A stretch of DNA of 64,000 nt from Bacteroidia bacterium (lineage in GTDB: Bacteria; Bacteroidota; Bacteroidia; M30B66), in NCBI GenBank assembly GCA_965279035.1, contig OZ257142.1, positions 2,528,001-2,592,000 of the forward strand, written 5' to 3'. Shown here piece by piece: positions 26,526 to 37,594 of this stretch. The notes below the pieces were generated by a model. That model searched no databases, was not told the origin of the DNA, and worked only from the letters and a program-made list of their open reading frames with translations. The position numbers and the translations under genes are program-made. Within the stretch, counting starts at the first letter, position 1. Every line of letters begins with the position of its first letter.

Positions 26526-27758
26526 ATGACTCTTCTCATCAAAAACATAGGTCAATTAATTCAAGTTCGTCCTGAAGCACCAAAAATGTTGAAAGGCGCC
26601 GAAATGAGTGAATTACCTTGCATTGAAAATGCATGGATTTTAATCATAGATGGATTGATTCATTCATTTGGAGAAATGGAAAGTTGTCCATATTCAGCCG
26701 ATGAAATTCAAGATGCAGAAGGTGGATTTGTTTTTCCTTCTTGGTGCGATAGTCATACGCATATTGTCTATGCTGGTAGTCGAGAATCAGAATTTGTAGA
26801 TAAAATTCATGGTCTCAGCTACGAAGAAATTGCTCGTCGTGGTGGTGGTATTCTAAATTCTGCCAGAAAATTACAAGCTACTTCCGAAGATGAATTGTTC
26901 AATCAAGCATTGAAAAGAGCCATTGAAATTCAATCGTATGGTACCGGAGCTATTGAAATAAAAAGTGGCTATGGATTAACAGTCGACGATGAACTGAAAA
27001 TGCTTCGTGTTATAAAGCGAATTCGCCATGCAACTGATTTAACCATTCGTGCAACATTTTTAGGTGCTCATGCAATCCCTTCCGAATACAAGGAAAATCG
27101 TTCTGCATATATCGATTTAATTGTAGATCAAATGTTACCTAAAGTTATCTCCGAAGGACTAGCCGATTTTGTCGATGTGTTTTGCGACAAAGGTTTCTTT
27201 ACAATCGATGAAACCGATCGTATTCTAGAAGCTGCAAAAAGATTGGGACTTCGAGCAAAAATTCACGCCAACGAACTCGATTATTCGGGAGGAATTCAAG
27301 TTGGCGTTAAACACAATGCACTTAGTGTTGATCATTTGGAATATACAGGTGAAGAAGAAATGGAGGTGTTACTCAAAAGTGATACAATGCCGACCTTATT
27401 GCCTTCAACAGCATTTTTCCTAAAAATAAAACAACCACCTGCCCGTGAAATGATCGCAGCAGGACTACCCATCGCGCTAGCAAGTGATTATAATCCGGGT
27501 TCATCTCCTTCGGGACGTATGCAATTTGTCCTCAGTTTGGCTTGCATCAATTTATGTATGACACCCGAAGAAGCTATCAATGCAGCTACTATTAATTCGG
27601 CTTATGCTATGGGATTGCACGAAACACATGGAAGTATTACTCCTGGTAAAGTGGCGAATTTATTTATCACTTCACAAATTCCATCCTATGCATTTCTGCC
27701 CTATGCTTTTGGAACCGACTTGGTAAAAAACATCATTTTAAATGGAGTAATGCAATAA
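26526..27758 (+). CDS. hutI: Imidazolonepropionase
   Basis: DSHTH, GGGILNS, EIKSGYGL, VFCDKGFF, KIHANEL, SVDHLE, ASDYNPGS. Confidence 0.96.
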   Translation: MTLLIKNIGQLIQVRPEAPKMLKGAEMSELPCIENAWILIIDGLIHSFGEMESCPYSADEIQDAEGGFVFPSWCDSHTHIVYAGSRESEFVDKIHGLSYEEIARRGGGILNSARKLQATSEDELFNQALKRAIEIQSYGTGAIEIKSGYGLTVDDELKMLRVIKRIRHATDLTIRATFLGAHAIPSEYKENRSAYIDLIVDQMLPKVISEGLADFVDVFCDKGFFTIDETDRILEAAKRLGLRAKIHANELDYSGGIQVGVKHNALSVDHLEYTGEEEMEVLLKSDTMPTLLPSTAFFLKIKQPPAREMIAAGLPIALASDYNPGSSPSGRMQFVLSLACINLCMTPEEAINAATINSAYAMGLHETHGSITPGKVANLFITSQIPSYAFLPYAFGTDLVKNIILNGVMQ

Positions 27759-27797
27759 TGTGATACCATCCTTCATTCTCTATTAAATTCTACCAGT

Positions 27798-28523
27798 ATG
27801 AAAAATGTGTTTTCATTCCTTGCAAGTATCCTATTTCTAACGGCACAAGCACAAGAAATTCCAGCTATTAAAGTCACCGGTGTGGCTAATATGGATGTAA
27901 CTCCTGATATCGCTGTATTCTCACTTCAACTGAATGCACGGAATAAATCAGAAAGTCTAAGTATTCAAGATTTAACAGTCGTTTCGAATAATGTCCTAAC
28001 CAAATTAAAGGAGCTTGGTTATAGTGAAAAGGAAATCATTTTAAACAATTATTCAGTAGATGCTAATTATGATTATGTAGGTGATAAATCCAAACGTAAC
28101 GGATATAGAGCCACTCAAAATCTCACCGTTAAAACACGATTAAGTAAAGACATCATTCTAAAAACATTGAAAGCATTTTCAACGGATGATGCCCGTCAAA
28201 CGTACATTACATACAATTCAATTTGTTCCGATAGTTTACAAAAAGCAGTAGAGAAAAAACTCATTGAGCAAGCTATAATGGATGCATCCGAAAAAGCGAA
28301 CATCATTGCTATTTCGTTAAAAGTTAAACTCTCACAAGTGCAACAAGTTTTTTATGAAGTAAATGAAGGCTACGGTTCAGGAAACGGTCTTGTCTATGGA
28401 AATAGTTCTGGTAAAGCAATGAATGAAATGGACCTTGTCAACGAAACCTATTTCACCATAGAAAAAGAAAATTTTACCAAATCTGTCCGCATCGATTTTG
28501 GAATTGAGCAATATAAACCCTGA
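27798..28523 (+). CDS. SIMPL (DUF541) domain periplasmic protein
   Basis: Signal peptide; IKVTG..DVTPDIA, GYRATQ, AIMDASEKA. Confidence 0.8.
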   Translation: MKNVFSFLASILFLTAQAQEIPAIKVTGVANMDVTPDIAVFSLQLNARNKSESLSIQDLTVVSNNVLTKLKELGYSEKEIILNNYSVDANYDYVGDKSKRNGYRATQNLTVKTRLSKDIILKTLKAFSTDDARQTYITYNSICSDSLQKAVEKKLIEQAIMDASEKANIIAISLKVKLSQVQQVFYEVNEGYGSGNGLVYGNSSGKAMNEMDLVNETYFTIEKENFTKSVRIDFGIEQYKP

Positions 28524-28526
28524 TTG

Positions 28527-29276
28527 CTAAAACCATTGAATACTTCCATGCACAAAGGCTTCTTCTACTCCATTTTCAAGTTGAAGAACTAAGCGCCCTT
28601 GCTCATCAACACATTCAATTGTTGCCTGAAAATCTTTTCCATCTTTTTGAAAAGTATGCAATTGACCTCGTTTCCATAAAAGCGAATTGTATTCTTGTGA
28701 AATCAAATTTCGTTGCCCCGATCGCAACTTCAAGTAATAAACTTCTAGCTGTTTGCTCAATAAATTCATCACATCATCTAATTTTAGTTCACGACCTAAT
28801 TCCATCGCCATTGAAACTGGATTCCCGCCAGAAACTTGAAATGAAGTTTGATTCACATTCAATCCAATTCCAGCCAAACAACTGACAATCTGGCTGCCCT
28901 TCACCGACGTTTCGACTAGGATGCCTGCCAATTTTCGATTTTCCAGAAAAATGTCGTTGGGCCATTTAATTCGAATAAATGAAGCTGGTATAATCAACTC
29001 AGCTGTCCTTGCAACAGCTACAGCAATAGCTTTATTCAGAATATATTGATCTTCAATTAAAATAAATCCAGGTCGAAGAATGTAGGTTAAGGTTAAATTT
29101 TTTCCTGGTTCAGAATACCATGAATTCCCACGTTGTCCGCGCCCACCAGTCTGTTCACGGGCTACAATGACAGCACCTTCAGCAATATTTCTTTGAAGTA
29201 CAGTGGCAGCAAAATTGTTGGTCGACTCGACGCTGTCCAAACGGATTACGTGGCGGCCCATAAATAAGAGTTCCAT
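28527..29276 (-). CDS. birA: Biotin--[acetyl-CoA-carboxylase] ligase (no N-terminal HTH)
   Basis: STN, QTGGRGQRGNSW, IKWPNDI, KLAGILVE, GIGLNVN; ATG at 29276. Confidence 0.92.
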   Translation of the reverse strand: MELLFMGRHVIRLDSVESTNNFAATVLQRNIAEGAVIVAREQTGGRGQRGNSWYSEPGKNLTLTYILRPGFILIEDQYILNKAIAVAVARTAELIIPASFIRIKWPNDIFLENRKLAGILVETSVKGSQIVSCLAGIGLNVNQTSFQVSGGNPVSMAMELGRELKLDDVMNLLSKQLEVYYLKLRSGQRNLISQEYNSLLWKRGQLHTFQKDGKDFQATIECVDEQGRLVLQLENGVEEAFVHGSIQWF

Positions 29277-29291
29277 AATCGGCAGAAATAC

Positions 29292-29299
29292 TAAATTTG
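29292..29299 (+). promoter_or_regulatory. -7 promoter element (TAAATTTG) for rsfS-ftsH
   Basis: Exact TAnnTTTG 21 nt before the rsfS ATG. Confidence 0.55.
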
Positions 29300-29320
29300 T
29301 CGCAACAATCAAGCATCTGA

Positions 29321-29710
29321 ATGAAAAAGAAGGCAGCATCTATTGCTACTGACTCCGCTGAAGCACTGATCGACCCGATCATCAAAGGAATCGAAGAAAA
29401 GAAAGGTAAAAACATCCAGATCTTCGATCTGCGGCAGACAGGACATTCGGTCTGCGATTTTTTCGTCATCTGTAACGCCGATTCGGGCACGCAGGTAGAT
29501 GCAATCGCATATTCGGTTGAACACGAAGTGAAAGTAGCCACAGGAGAGTCTCCTTGGCGAAGCGAGGGTTTTGAAAACCAAGAGTGGATTTTGATTGATT
29601 ACGTAAATGTAGTTGTTCATTGTTTTCAAACTTCCATCCGAGACTTTTATAAAATTGAACGACTCTGGGCAGATGCAACTGTTCGAGTAATACCAGAATC
29701 TGTTGCTTGA
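29321..29710 (+). CDS. rsfS: Ribosome silencing factor
   Basis: EEKKG..I, DFFVIC, WILIDYVNVVVH, FYKIERLW. Confidence 0.95.
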   Translation: MKKKAASIATDSAEALIDPIIKGIEEKKGKNIQIFDLRQTGHSVCDFFVICNADSGTQVDAIAYSVEHEVKVATGESPWRSEGFENQEWILIDYVNVVVHCFQTSIRDFYKIERLWADATVRVIPESVA

Positions 29711-29770
29711 TAAACTAATCAGCGAAAATTGTGTTTTGCTTACACTATTAATCACGCTTTGAATTTCCAA

Positions 29771-31936
29771 ATGGCTGAACAACCTCAAAATAATAATCCG
29801 GGTACACCCAAAAATTCCGGAAACCGTAGACTCTTTCCTCAATCTGGTAAACCTAAGCCTTCAAGTGGTGGAGGTTCCAATTTTTACTGGATTTATGGAA
29901 TCATTACTTTGCTTTTTATTGGTTCGTATTTTTATAATGTAGGAACAAATACCCGCGAAATTAAAACCGACAAATTCACCGAGATGCTTACTGCCGGTGA
30001 TGTGAAAGAAATTACTGTTGTAAATAAAGAATTTGCGGAAATAACCATTAAAAAGGAAAAACTGGTTAAGCCTGAATACAATAACCTGAAATCACCGAAT
30101 ATGAGTTCTTCGGTTGAAAATGGTCCTCATTATAATTATACTATCGGTTCAGTTGAAGATTTAAATAAAATCATTGATAGTGCTCAAGTAAATATCCCTC
30201 CTACACTTCAAGTTCATCCTAGTTATGAATCACGAAAAAATTGGAGTGGTGAAATTTTAAGCTGGGTAATTTTACTTGGAATAGTATTTCTTTTCTGGAT
30301 TTTTCTTATTCGCAGAATGGGCGGCGGCGGCGGCGGCGGACAAATATTTAATATCGGAAAAAGTAGAGCACAACTGTTTGATAAAGACACGCATGTTACT
30401 GTTACGTTTGACAACGTTGCTGGCTTAGATGAAGCAAAAGTTGAGATTAGAGAAATTGTAGATTTCCTTAAGAACCCAAAAAAATATACTGTTTTGGGTG
30501 GTAAAATTCCACGCGGGGCATTGTTAGTAGGACCTCCAGGAACTGGAAAAACCTTGTTAGCTAAAGCAGTTGCTGGTGAAGCTCAAGTTCCTTTTTTCTC
30601 TCTTTCAGGTTCTGATTTCGTAGAAATGTTTGTTGGTGTTGGAGCAAGTCGGGTTCGGGATTTATTCAAGCAAGCCAAAGAAAAAGCACCTGCAATTATC
30701 TTCATCGATGAAATTGATGCCATTGGACGTGCTCGTGGAAAAAACCCAATGGCTGGTGCAAATGATGAACGTGAAAACACACTCAATCAATTGCTCACCG
30801 AAATGGACGGATTTGGAACCAATAACGGTGTAATTATCCTTGCGGCTACAAACCGTGCTGATATTCTAGATCGCGCATTACTTCGTCCGGGACGTTTCGA
30901 TCGTCAGATATATGTTGAGCTTCCTGACTTGAATGGTCGTCGTGAAATTTTCAAAGTGCATTTGAAACCAATCAAAACCGACCAAACATTAGATATCGAA
31001 TTCTTAGCTCGTCAAACGCCTGGTTTCTCCGGTGCAGACATAGCCAATGTGTGTAATGAAGCCGCCTTGATTGCTGCTCGTAAAAACAAAGATGTTGTTG
31101 GTAAGCAAGACTTCCTCGATGCTGTAGATCGTATCATTGGTGGTTTAGAGAAGAAGAATAAGATCATCTCTATGGATGAAAAACGAGTGATTGCCTTTCA
31201 TGAAGCTGGACATGCTTCGGTAAGTTGGTTACTCGAACATGCTTCACCTTTGGTAAAAGTAACCATTGTACCACGCGGTCAATCATTAGGTGCTGCTTGG
31301 TACCTTCCTGAAGAACGCTCAATTACTACGTTTGAGCAGTTGCTTGATGAAATGTGTGCCGCATTGGGTGGAAGAGCTGCCGAAGAAGTAACATTTGGAA
31401 AAATATCTACCGGTGCTTTAAGTGATTTGGAAAAAATTACGAAACAAGCCTATGCTATGGTAACAATTTATGGCTTGAATGATAAAATTGGAAACATCAG
31501 TTTCTATGATTCTTCTGGTCAATCAGAATATAGTTTTAATCGCCCTTACAGCGAAAAAACAGCGGAGACTATTGATCAGGAAGTGAAAAAACTGATCGAC
31601 ATGGCGTATGAGAGAACGAAGAAAATTCTTCATGAAAATAAATCTAAATTGGATGCATTGGCTGCAATTCTTTTAGAACGTGAAGTTATTTTCCGTGAAG
31701 ACTTAGAAGAAATATTTGGCAAACGAATTTGGGATAAAGACGACCTAAGTGCTAGTTCTGATATTTCGCGTTCTTATAAAGATCAAATGAATGATAATCT
31801 AGAAATTGCTGCTGCAGCTTCGGCAAAAGAAAAAGAAAACAATTCTAAGGATTCTGATTCTAATGCATTACCTATCGTAGAAAATGCAGTTTCAAAACAA
31901 AAACAAGAAAGAACAAATCCTTCGGAAGAAGCTTGA
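29771..31936 (+). CDS. ftsH: ATP-dependent zinc metalloprotease FtsH
   Basis: Two TMs, [18 protein letters not shown] (ATNR...LLRPGRFDR), HEAGH; ATG at 29771. Confidence 0.97.
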   Translation: MAEQPQNNNPGTPKNSGNRRLFPQSGKPKPSSGGGSNFYWIYGIITLLFIGSYFYNVGTNTREIKTDKFTEMLTAGDVKEITVVNKEFAEITIKKEKLVKPEYNNLKSPNMSSSVENGPHYNYTIGSVEDLNKIIDSAQVNIPPTLQVHPSYESRKNWSGEILSWVILLGIVFLFWIFLIRRMGGGGGGGQIFNIGKSRAQLFDKDTHVTVTFDNVAGLDEAKVEIREIVDFLKNPKKYTVLGGKIPRGALLVGPPGTGKTLLAKAVAGEAQVPFFSLSGSDFVEMFVGVGASRVRDLFKQAKEKAPAIIFIDEIDAIGRARGKNPMAGANDERENTLNQLLTEMDGFGTNNGVIILAATNRADILDRALLRPGRFDRQIYVELPDLNGRREIFKVHLKPIKTDQTLDIEFLARQTPGFSGADIANVCNEAALIAARKNKDVVGKQDFLDAVDRIIGGLEKKNKIISMDEKRVIAFHEAGHASVSWLLEHASPLVKVTIVPRGQSLGAAWYLPEERSITTFEQLLDEMCAALGGRAAEEVTFGKISTGALSDLEKITKQAYAMVTIYGLNDKIGNISFYDSSGQSEYSFNRPYSEKTAETIDQEVKKLIDMAYERTKKILHENKSKLDALAAILLEREVIFREDLEEIFGKRIWDKDDLSASSDISRSYKDQMNDNLEIAAAASAKEKENNSKDSDSNALPIVENAVSKQKQERTNPSEEA

Positions 31937-31960
31937 TGTTTCAAAATAAATGAATGATTT

Positions 31961-31986
31961 AAAAGGGCAACTCAGGTTGTCCTTTT
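31961..31986 (+). terminator. Intrinsic terminator after ftsH
   Basis: AAAAGGGCAAC-TCAG-GTTGTCCTTTT. Confidence 0.75.
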
Positions 31987-32016
31987 CTATTTTACAATAT
32001 TGATGTACTTTGCAAC

Positions 32017-32247
32017 ATGGAGATTCAATGGATAGTAATAGCAAGTGATACCAATCTTTCCAGTCTTTACTTATTGCAAAATTTGTTAAGTCTGCATTCG
32101 ATCCCAACCCAGATTTTGAATAAAATGGATTCAGTTTATCCAAGTATTGGTGAAGCTGAATTATACATCGATTCTGCTTATAGAATAAAGGCTCTGCAGC
32201 TAATACACGATTCGAAAAGTGAGTCCGATAATGATGAACATGAATAA
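32017..32247 (+). CDS. DUF2007-like small putative signal-transducing protein
   Basis: LNKMDSVYP.IGEAELYI pattern; lies between ftsH and cdsA. Confidence 0.7.
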   Translation: MEIQWIVIASDTNLSSLYLLQNLLSLHSIPTQILNKMDSVYPSIGEAELYIDSAYRIKALQLIHDSKSESDNDEHE

Positions 32248-32260
32248 TTTCTGACCAATA

Positions 32261-33100
32261 ATGGCATTATCTAACCTTCAAAACCGAGTAATAACTGGAA
32301 TCATCTTCGGAATTACTTTAATTGGTGGAATATTATTTTCAAAATATGCATTCATTACCATAGCATTATTCATTTTAATCGTTGCTTGCTTTGAATTGAA
32401 CCGAATTCTTCGTGCATTATCTATACATCCTAATCAACTATTTTTATACGCAGCAAATGGTTTGTCCTTTATTGCATGTATTTATTTCTCAACTACTTCT
32501 TTTGCATTAAGTGATATTAATCAAAGTACTTTTATTTTTTTGACTCTGTTTCTTGTTTTAATATTCTGCCTATTTACATTCGAGTTATTCCGAAATATTC
32601 CAAAACCCTTTGAAAATATTAGTAGTTCAATTTCAAGTATATTTTATTTAGGCATTCCTTGTGGCTTACTCGTTTCAAGTTCTATCAACAAAACAGGTGA
32701 TTATTCTCCCTGGAATGTATTATTCCTGTTTTTCTTTATGTGGGCATCCGATACAGGCGCCTACTTTTCAGGAAGAGCTTTTGGTAAAAACAAATTATTT
32801 GAACGGCTTTCTCCCAAAAAAACAATAGAGGGATTTATAGGTGGAATTGTCACTTCGATGCTCGTTGGTATTGCAGCTTTTTATTGTATTGGAGAGGCTC
32901 CACTTTTAACTTGGATTTTAATTGGTGGTGTTCTTTCGGTGACTGGAACACTAGGTGATTTATTTGAATCGATGCTTAAAAGACAAGCAGGAATAAAAGA
33001 TTCTGGTAATATTTTACCCGGACATGGAGGCATTTTAGATCGCTTCGATTCCACTTTTTTAAGTGCTCCGATATATTGGATTATACTTCATTTGATATAG
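32261..33100 (+). CDS. cdsA: Phosphatidate cytidylyltransferase
   Basis: WASDTGAY, SPKKTIEG, GDLFESMLKRQAGIKDSGNILPGHGGILDRFDS. Confidence 0.96.
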   Translation: MALSNLQNRVITGIIFGITLIGGILFSKYAFITIALFILIVACFELNRILRALSIHPNQLFLYAANGLSFIACIYFSTTSFALSDINQSTFIFLTLFLVLIFCLFTFELFRNIPKPFENISSSISSIFYLGIPCGLLVSSSINKTGDYSPWNVLFLFFFMWASDTGAYFSGRAFGKNKLFERLSPKKTIEGFIGGIVTSMLVGIAAFYCIGEAPLLTWILIGGVLSVTGTLGDLFESMLKRQAGIKDSGNILPGHGGILDRFDSTFLSAPIYWIILHLI

Positions 33101-33282
33101 CTTTTATTGCCTGAAATCTTTATTTAACAAGGATTTCAACTTTATTTAGCTTTATATGAAGAATTAAAAAATACACCAAAAGGAGTATATGAACTGTCAT
33201 CCTCAATAACTACTTTTCCTCGGTGTAATTTGCCGTCTTGTTACACAGGGTGGTTTGTGATCCCAATATTTATAGTGGCATT

Positions 33283-33310
33283 CGGTCCGGATTTTCCGGA
33301 CCGTTTTTTT
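33283..33310 (+). terminator. Strong intrinsic terminator
   Basis: CGGTCCGGA-TTT-TCCGGACCG then T7. Confidence 0.85.
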
Positions 33311-33356
33311 ATCCTATTATTTTAACATTTCATCCTTATTATTAGTTGCTTCATCG
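33308..33356 (+). promoter_or_regulatory. Three direct repeats at 21-bp period (putative LytTR sites)
   Basis: TTTATCC (33308), TTCATCC (33329), TTCATCG (33350) upstream of an operon ending in a LytTR regulator. Confidence 0.6.
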
Positions 33357-33415
33357 GAATTAGTAAGTCAAAAAAAACGAATCAAAGGATTTTTGTCTTT
33401 CATTCTAATAAGCAT

Positions 33416-35824
33416 ATGAAAACAAACATTTCAAGATTTCCCCAAACACATTATTCGATAATTTTATTTTTCCTACCAATTTTCTTGTTTTTATTTTCTT
33501 CAAGAATTTCGGCTCAAGGACTCACACAAACAATTCGTGGAACGGTTAGCGATGCCGCATCACAGAGTCCTATTCCTGGTGCAATGGTCATATTAGTTGA
33601 TTCGAAACCGCTTGTTGGAGCATCAACCGATATCAATGGAAATTTCCGTTTAGAATCAATTCCAATTGGACGTCCCGTAATACAAATTAGTATGATGGGA
33701 TATCAACCCATTAAACTCAGCAACCTTGTACTTTCTTCTTCAAAAGAACTCATATTGAATATTAGCTTAGAATCAGCAGCTATACAAGGAAAAGAAGTGG
33801 AAATCGTTGCTAAAATCGATAAGGATAAACCATTAAATGAATTATCGAGCGTAAGTGCCAGAACCTTTTCTGTTGATGAAGCACAACGATATGCAGGTAG
33901 TTTCGGCGATCCTGCTCGATTAGCTACCAGTTTTGCTGGTGTAGTTGCTGGGAATGATCAACGTAACGACATTGTTGTTCGTGGAAATACGCCTCTTGGT
34001 GTCCTTTGGCGTTTAGAAGGAATCGACATTCCAAGCCCTAGTCACTATAGTGGAGCTGGTACAAGTGGTGGTGCTGTATCCATTTTAAATACTAACGTAT
34101 TAGCCAATAGTGATTTCTTATCTGGAGCTTATGCTGCCGAATATGGTAACGCAACCTCTGCGGCATTCGATGTTAAAATGCGAAAAGGCAATAATGAAAA
34201 ACACGAATTTACTGGTCAAATTGGATTCAATGGTTTTGAACTCGGTGCGGAAGGCCCCTTATCTAAAAACAAAAAATCATCTTTCCTTATTAATTATCGC
34301 TATTCTACACTAGGAGCATTTAATGCCGTAGGGATTGAATTTGTTAAAGGTGGAGTTCCAAAGTATCAAGATATAAGTATGAAACTTCACTTCCAACATC
34401 AAAATGGATATACCAGTTTATTTGGAATTGCAGGAACAAGCGACATTCATTTTGTTTCTGAAAAAGACAGCCTAATTTGGATAAAGGATCCTGCTAAACG
34501 TCAAGATCTAAAGAATGGATCTGATATGGCTGTTCTAGGTATAACACATGTTCACTTTTTAAGTAGTAAAACGAGTTTGCGTGGAACAGTGGCTGCAACA
34601 GGAAATCGTTTTCGCACATCGGTAGATTCGATATCTCCTTCATATAATTTCCTCGATAATTTTAGAAGCAAGATGACCGAAAGTAAAATAATCGGAACGC
34701 TTGTCTTGAATAATCGCATAAATTCTAAAACAACATTACGTTCAGGAATCATTATAAGTCACTTAATGTATAATAGCAATGTCAATCAATTTTCAGCAAC
34801 ATTAAACGCTCGTCAACAACTTATCGATTTTAAAGGAAATGGTGATCTCATACAGGGATATGCACAATGGCATTATAAAGCAGGATTACGTTGGACATTT
34901 GATTTGGGTTTGCATGCACTTCACTATTATGTAAATAATAAAAGTTCAATTGAACCAAGAGCCTCCATAAGTTTTCAAGCTACTGGAAATCAACGAATCA
35001 GTTTAGGATATGGAAATCATAGTCGTGTTTTACCCATTACTATTTATTTGAGAGAAACCCAATTAGCCGATGGTAGCACAATTCAAACGAATAAAAACTT
35101 GGATTTACTACGTTCGAATCATTTTGTTGTAGGATACGATTGGTTAATTCGTGAGCATTTGCGCTTAAAAGCTGAAATCTATTACCAGCAACAATACAAT
35201 GTTGGTATTCATGAAGGAAATTCATCCAGTTTATCGGTGTTAAATTATGGAGCTAATTTCGGGGATGTTATTGGGCCAGACAGCCTAGTTTCAAAAGGAA
35301 AAGGATTTAATAAAGGAATAGAAATAACACTCGAAAAATTCTTTCACAAAAATTACTATTTCTTAATGACAGCAAGCCTTTATGATAGTAAATATCAAGG
35401 TTCTGATGGTATCGAACGAAATACCGCATTCAATAATAAATATGCGTTCAATCTTTTAGCAGGAAAAGAAATTCCTCTTGGAAAGAACAAACAAAATGTC
35501 CTTGTACTAAGTTTTCGACAAGTAATTACAGGTGGAATGTGGACTACGCCAATAAATATAGAAGCCTCTCAACAAAAGGGATATGAAATTAGAAATGAAC
35601 AATTAGCCTACTCTGAACAATTGCCTGGTTATTTTAGAACAGATATACGTATAGGATTTCGAAGGAATAAAAAGAAAATTACTGAAGAGTATGGACTTGA
35701 TTTTCAAAATCTAACGAATCAGAAAAACATTTTTAGTCGATCATATAATAATTTGTCTAAAAAAATAGAGAACAACTATCAAGTAGGGATTTTTCCAATG
35801 TTGCTTTATAGAATTAATTTCTAA
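33416..35824 (+). CDS. TonB-dependent receptor with carboxypeptidase-regulatory-like N-terminal domain
   Basis: Signal peptide, IRGTVSD..P IPGA, plug (GDPARL..FAGV, NDIVVRG), C-terminal aromatic YRINF. Confidence 0.92.
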   Translation: MKTNISRFPQTHYSIILFFLPIFLFLFSSRISAQGLTQTIRGTVSDAASQSPIPGAMVILVDSKPLVGASTDINGNFRLESIPIGRPVIQISMMGYQPIKLSNLVLSSSKELILNISLESAAIQGKEVEIVAKIDKDKPLNELSSVSARTFSVDEAQRYAGSFGDPARLATSFAGVVAGNDQRNDIVVRGNTPLGVLWRLEGIDIPSPSHYSGAGTSGGAVSILNTNVLANSDFLSGAYAAEYGNATSAAFDVKMRKGNNEKHEFTGQIGFNGFELGAEGPLSKNKKSSFLINYRYSTLGAFNAVGIEFVKGGVPKYQDISMKLHFQHQNGYTSLFGIAGTSDIHFVSEKDSLIWIKDPAKRQDLKNGSDMAVLGITHVHFLSSKTSLRGTVAATGNRFRTSVDSISPSYNFLDNFRSKMTESKIIGTLVLNNRINSKTTLRSGIIISHLMYNSNVNQFSATLNARQQLIDFKGNGDLIQGYAQWHYKAGLRWTFDLGLHALHYYVNNKSSIEPRASISFQATGNQRISLGYGNHSRVLPITIYLRETQLADGSTIQTNKNLDLLRSNHFVVGYDWLIREHLRLKAEIYYQQQYNVGIHEGNSSSLSVLNYGANFGDVIGPDSLVSKGKGFNKGIEITLEKFFHKNYYFLMTASLYDSKYQGSDGIERNTAFNNKYAFNLLAGKEIPLGKNKQNVLVLSFRQVITGGMWTTPINIEASQQKGYEIRNEQLAYSEQLPGYFRTDIRIGFRRNKKKITEEYGLDFQNLTNQKNIFSRSYNNLSKKIENNYQVGIFPMLLYRINF

Positions 35825-35838
35825 TCAATTATTTTGTG

Positions 35839-36510
35839 ATGAAAACACTTCATACATTTTTGTTAATTCTTCACGTTGCAGGAGGAATGACGGGACTCAT
35901 AACAGGTCTATTAAATATCAGTAATAAAAAAGGAAAACAATTCCATAGGCTCATAGGTAAAATATATGTTGGAGGAATGTTTACTGCCACATTGAGTGGT
36001 ACTGTTTTAGCTGCTTTCGGGGGAAATCATTTTCTGTTTTTAATCGGAATATTCAGTTTTTACCTAGCATTTTCGGGTTTACGTACAATTCAACATAAAA
36101 TGTTCAACGGTGTTATCCATTATGCTTTAATAGATAAACTAGTTGCAGGATTGACGGGGATTTTCGGTGCATTGATGATTGTAACTGGAATAATCCAACC
36201 CGATGGAATATCGAAAATGACTATTCCAATATTATTAGTTTTTGGTAGTATCAGTTTGATGTTTTCTCTTGGTGATTTATCACTATTTATGGGTATTAGG
36301 AAATTAAAGGATATTAAAAATCGTTGGTTTTTTAATCATATTGGTCGAATGATTGGATCCTATATTTCGGCGGTTACAGCATTCTTAGTTGTTAATTTAG
36401 ATAATTTACTTCCTCCATTAATTATTTGGTTGGGTCCTACAGTAATAGGTTCCATATTGATATCAGTATTTACAACATATTATAAACGTAAATTTGCTTC
36501 TGGTAAATAA
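35839..36510 (+). CDS. DUF2306-like membrane protein
   Basis: ILHV.GG, KKG..HR.IGKIY, HIGRMIGSYI; ~6-7 TMs. Confidence 0.75.
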   Translation: MKTLHTFLLILHVAGGMTGLITGLLNISNKKGKQFHRLIGKIYVGGMFTATLSGTVLAAFGGNHFLFLIGIFSFYLAFSGLRTIQHKMFNGVIHYALIDKLVAGLTGIFGALMIVTGIIQPDGISKMTIPILLVFGSISLMFSLGDLSLFMGIRKLKDIKNRWFFNHIGRMIGSYISAVTAFLVVNLDNLLPPLIIWLGPTVIGSILISVFTTYYKRKFASGK

Positions 36511-36515
36511 TTTAT

Positions 36516-37580
36516 ATGTCTTCTGAATCGAAACATACAATCTTCTCTGGCAGTCGTATCGCGAATATCAAGGATATCCTACTCATGATTTTTGTAGGAG
36601 TTTTGGTTGTCAGTTACATGTTTGTTAAAAATGCAATTCAAGGAAATGAAGCTGAACAAGCACCTGATACTGTAGTTAATAATGCGCTTTTTTCAGTAAG
36701 CATTAGTATTATTTTATATGTAGTTTTTCGGGTGATGTTTCGATATCTGAATATCCATTATCCTTGGTTAAAGTCTATTGGCAAACGTATTTGGATTCAA
36801 TTGGCATTAGTTATCGGTTTATCTTCTTCGATAATGGCCTTATTTACTTGGGTATGGAATAATTTGTTTTTTGAAGGATGTTTTACATTGAGTTCATTCT
36901 TTAGTAATATTATTATTGCCGTAATTGTTTCACTATTAATTAATGCAATTTATGAAGCTGTTAATTTATTTCGTCAATTAAAAGATAGTCAAATTGAAAC
37001 GGAACAACTTAAACGTCAAAATATTGAATCGCATTTTGAGACATTGAAAAATCAAGTTGGACCACATTTTTTATTTAATAGCTTAAATACTTTGCTTGCA
37101 TTAATTGATGAAGATAAAAATCAAGCGAAAGAGTTTGTGAGCAAATTAGCCACGTATTATCGTTATGCATTGCAAGTGAATGAACGTGAAATGGTTGAAA
37201 TGTCTACAGAAATCGAACTAGTAAAGAGTTATGTTTTCTTGCTAGAATCTCGTTTTGGAAAAAACCTTCAAGTGAATTTCAATGTTTCTGATGAATATAA
37301 TAATTATAAAGTGGTTCCTCTCGCAATACAAATGTTGGTCGAGAATGCAGTTAAACACAATGTAATTTCTGAAGCTCACCCATTAATGATTGATATTTTT
37401 ATTCTGGATAATTATCTTGTTGTTAGAAATAACAAGAGAAAGAAAGATGCACTGGAACAAAGTAACCAAATAGGCTTAGGAAATATTAATAATCGATATT
37501 CAATTTTAACGGGTAAAAACATTCAAATTGAGAGTGAATTGGATTCAACATTCAGTGTAAAACTTCCACTGATTGATTAA
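36516..37580 (+). CDS. LytS/YehU-type sensor histidine kinase
   Basis: LKNQVGPHFLFNSLN, QMLVENAVKHN, IGLGNI; 4 N-terminal TMs. Confidence 0.93.
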   Translation: MSSESKHTIFSGSRIANIKDILLMIFVGVLVVSYMFVKNAIQGNEAEQAPDTVVNNALFSVSISIILYVVFRVMFRYLNIHYPWLKSIGKRIWIQLALVIGLSSSIMALFTWVWNNLFFEGCFTLSSFFSNIIIAVIVSLLINAIYEAVNLFRQLKDSQIETEQLKRQNIESHFETLKNQVGPHFLFNSLNTLLALIDEDKNQAKEFVSKLATYYRYALQVNEREMVEMSTEIELVKSYVFLLESRFGKNLQVNFNVSDEYNNYKVVPLAIQMLVENAVKHNVISEAHPLMIDIFILDNYLVVRNNKRKKDALEQSNQIGLGNINNRYSILTGKNIQIESELDSTFSVKLPLID

Positions 37581-37594
37581 TATACTGAATCGGT

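Noticed and set aside
29179-29842. Several minus-strand ORFs over rsfS/ftsH and the extended birA start at 29339
   Set aside because: Antisense to conserved genes; the birA homology region starts at 29276
30320-30340. (GGC)n tract in ftsH as a phase-variation site
   Set aside because: In-frame trinucleotide run encoding the normal glycine linker of FtsH
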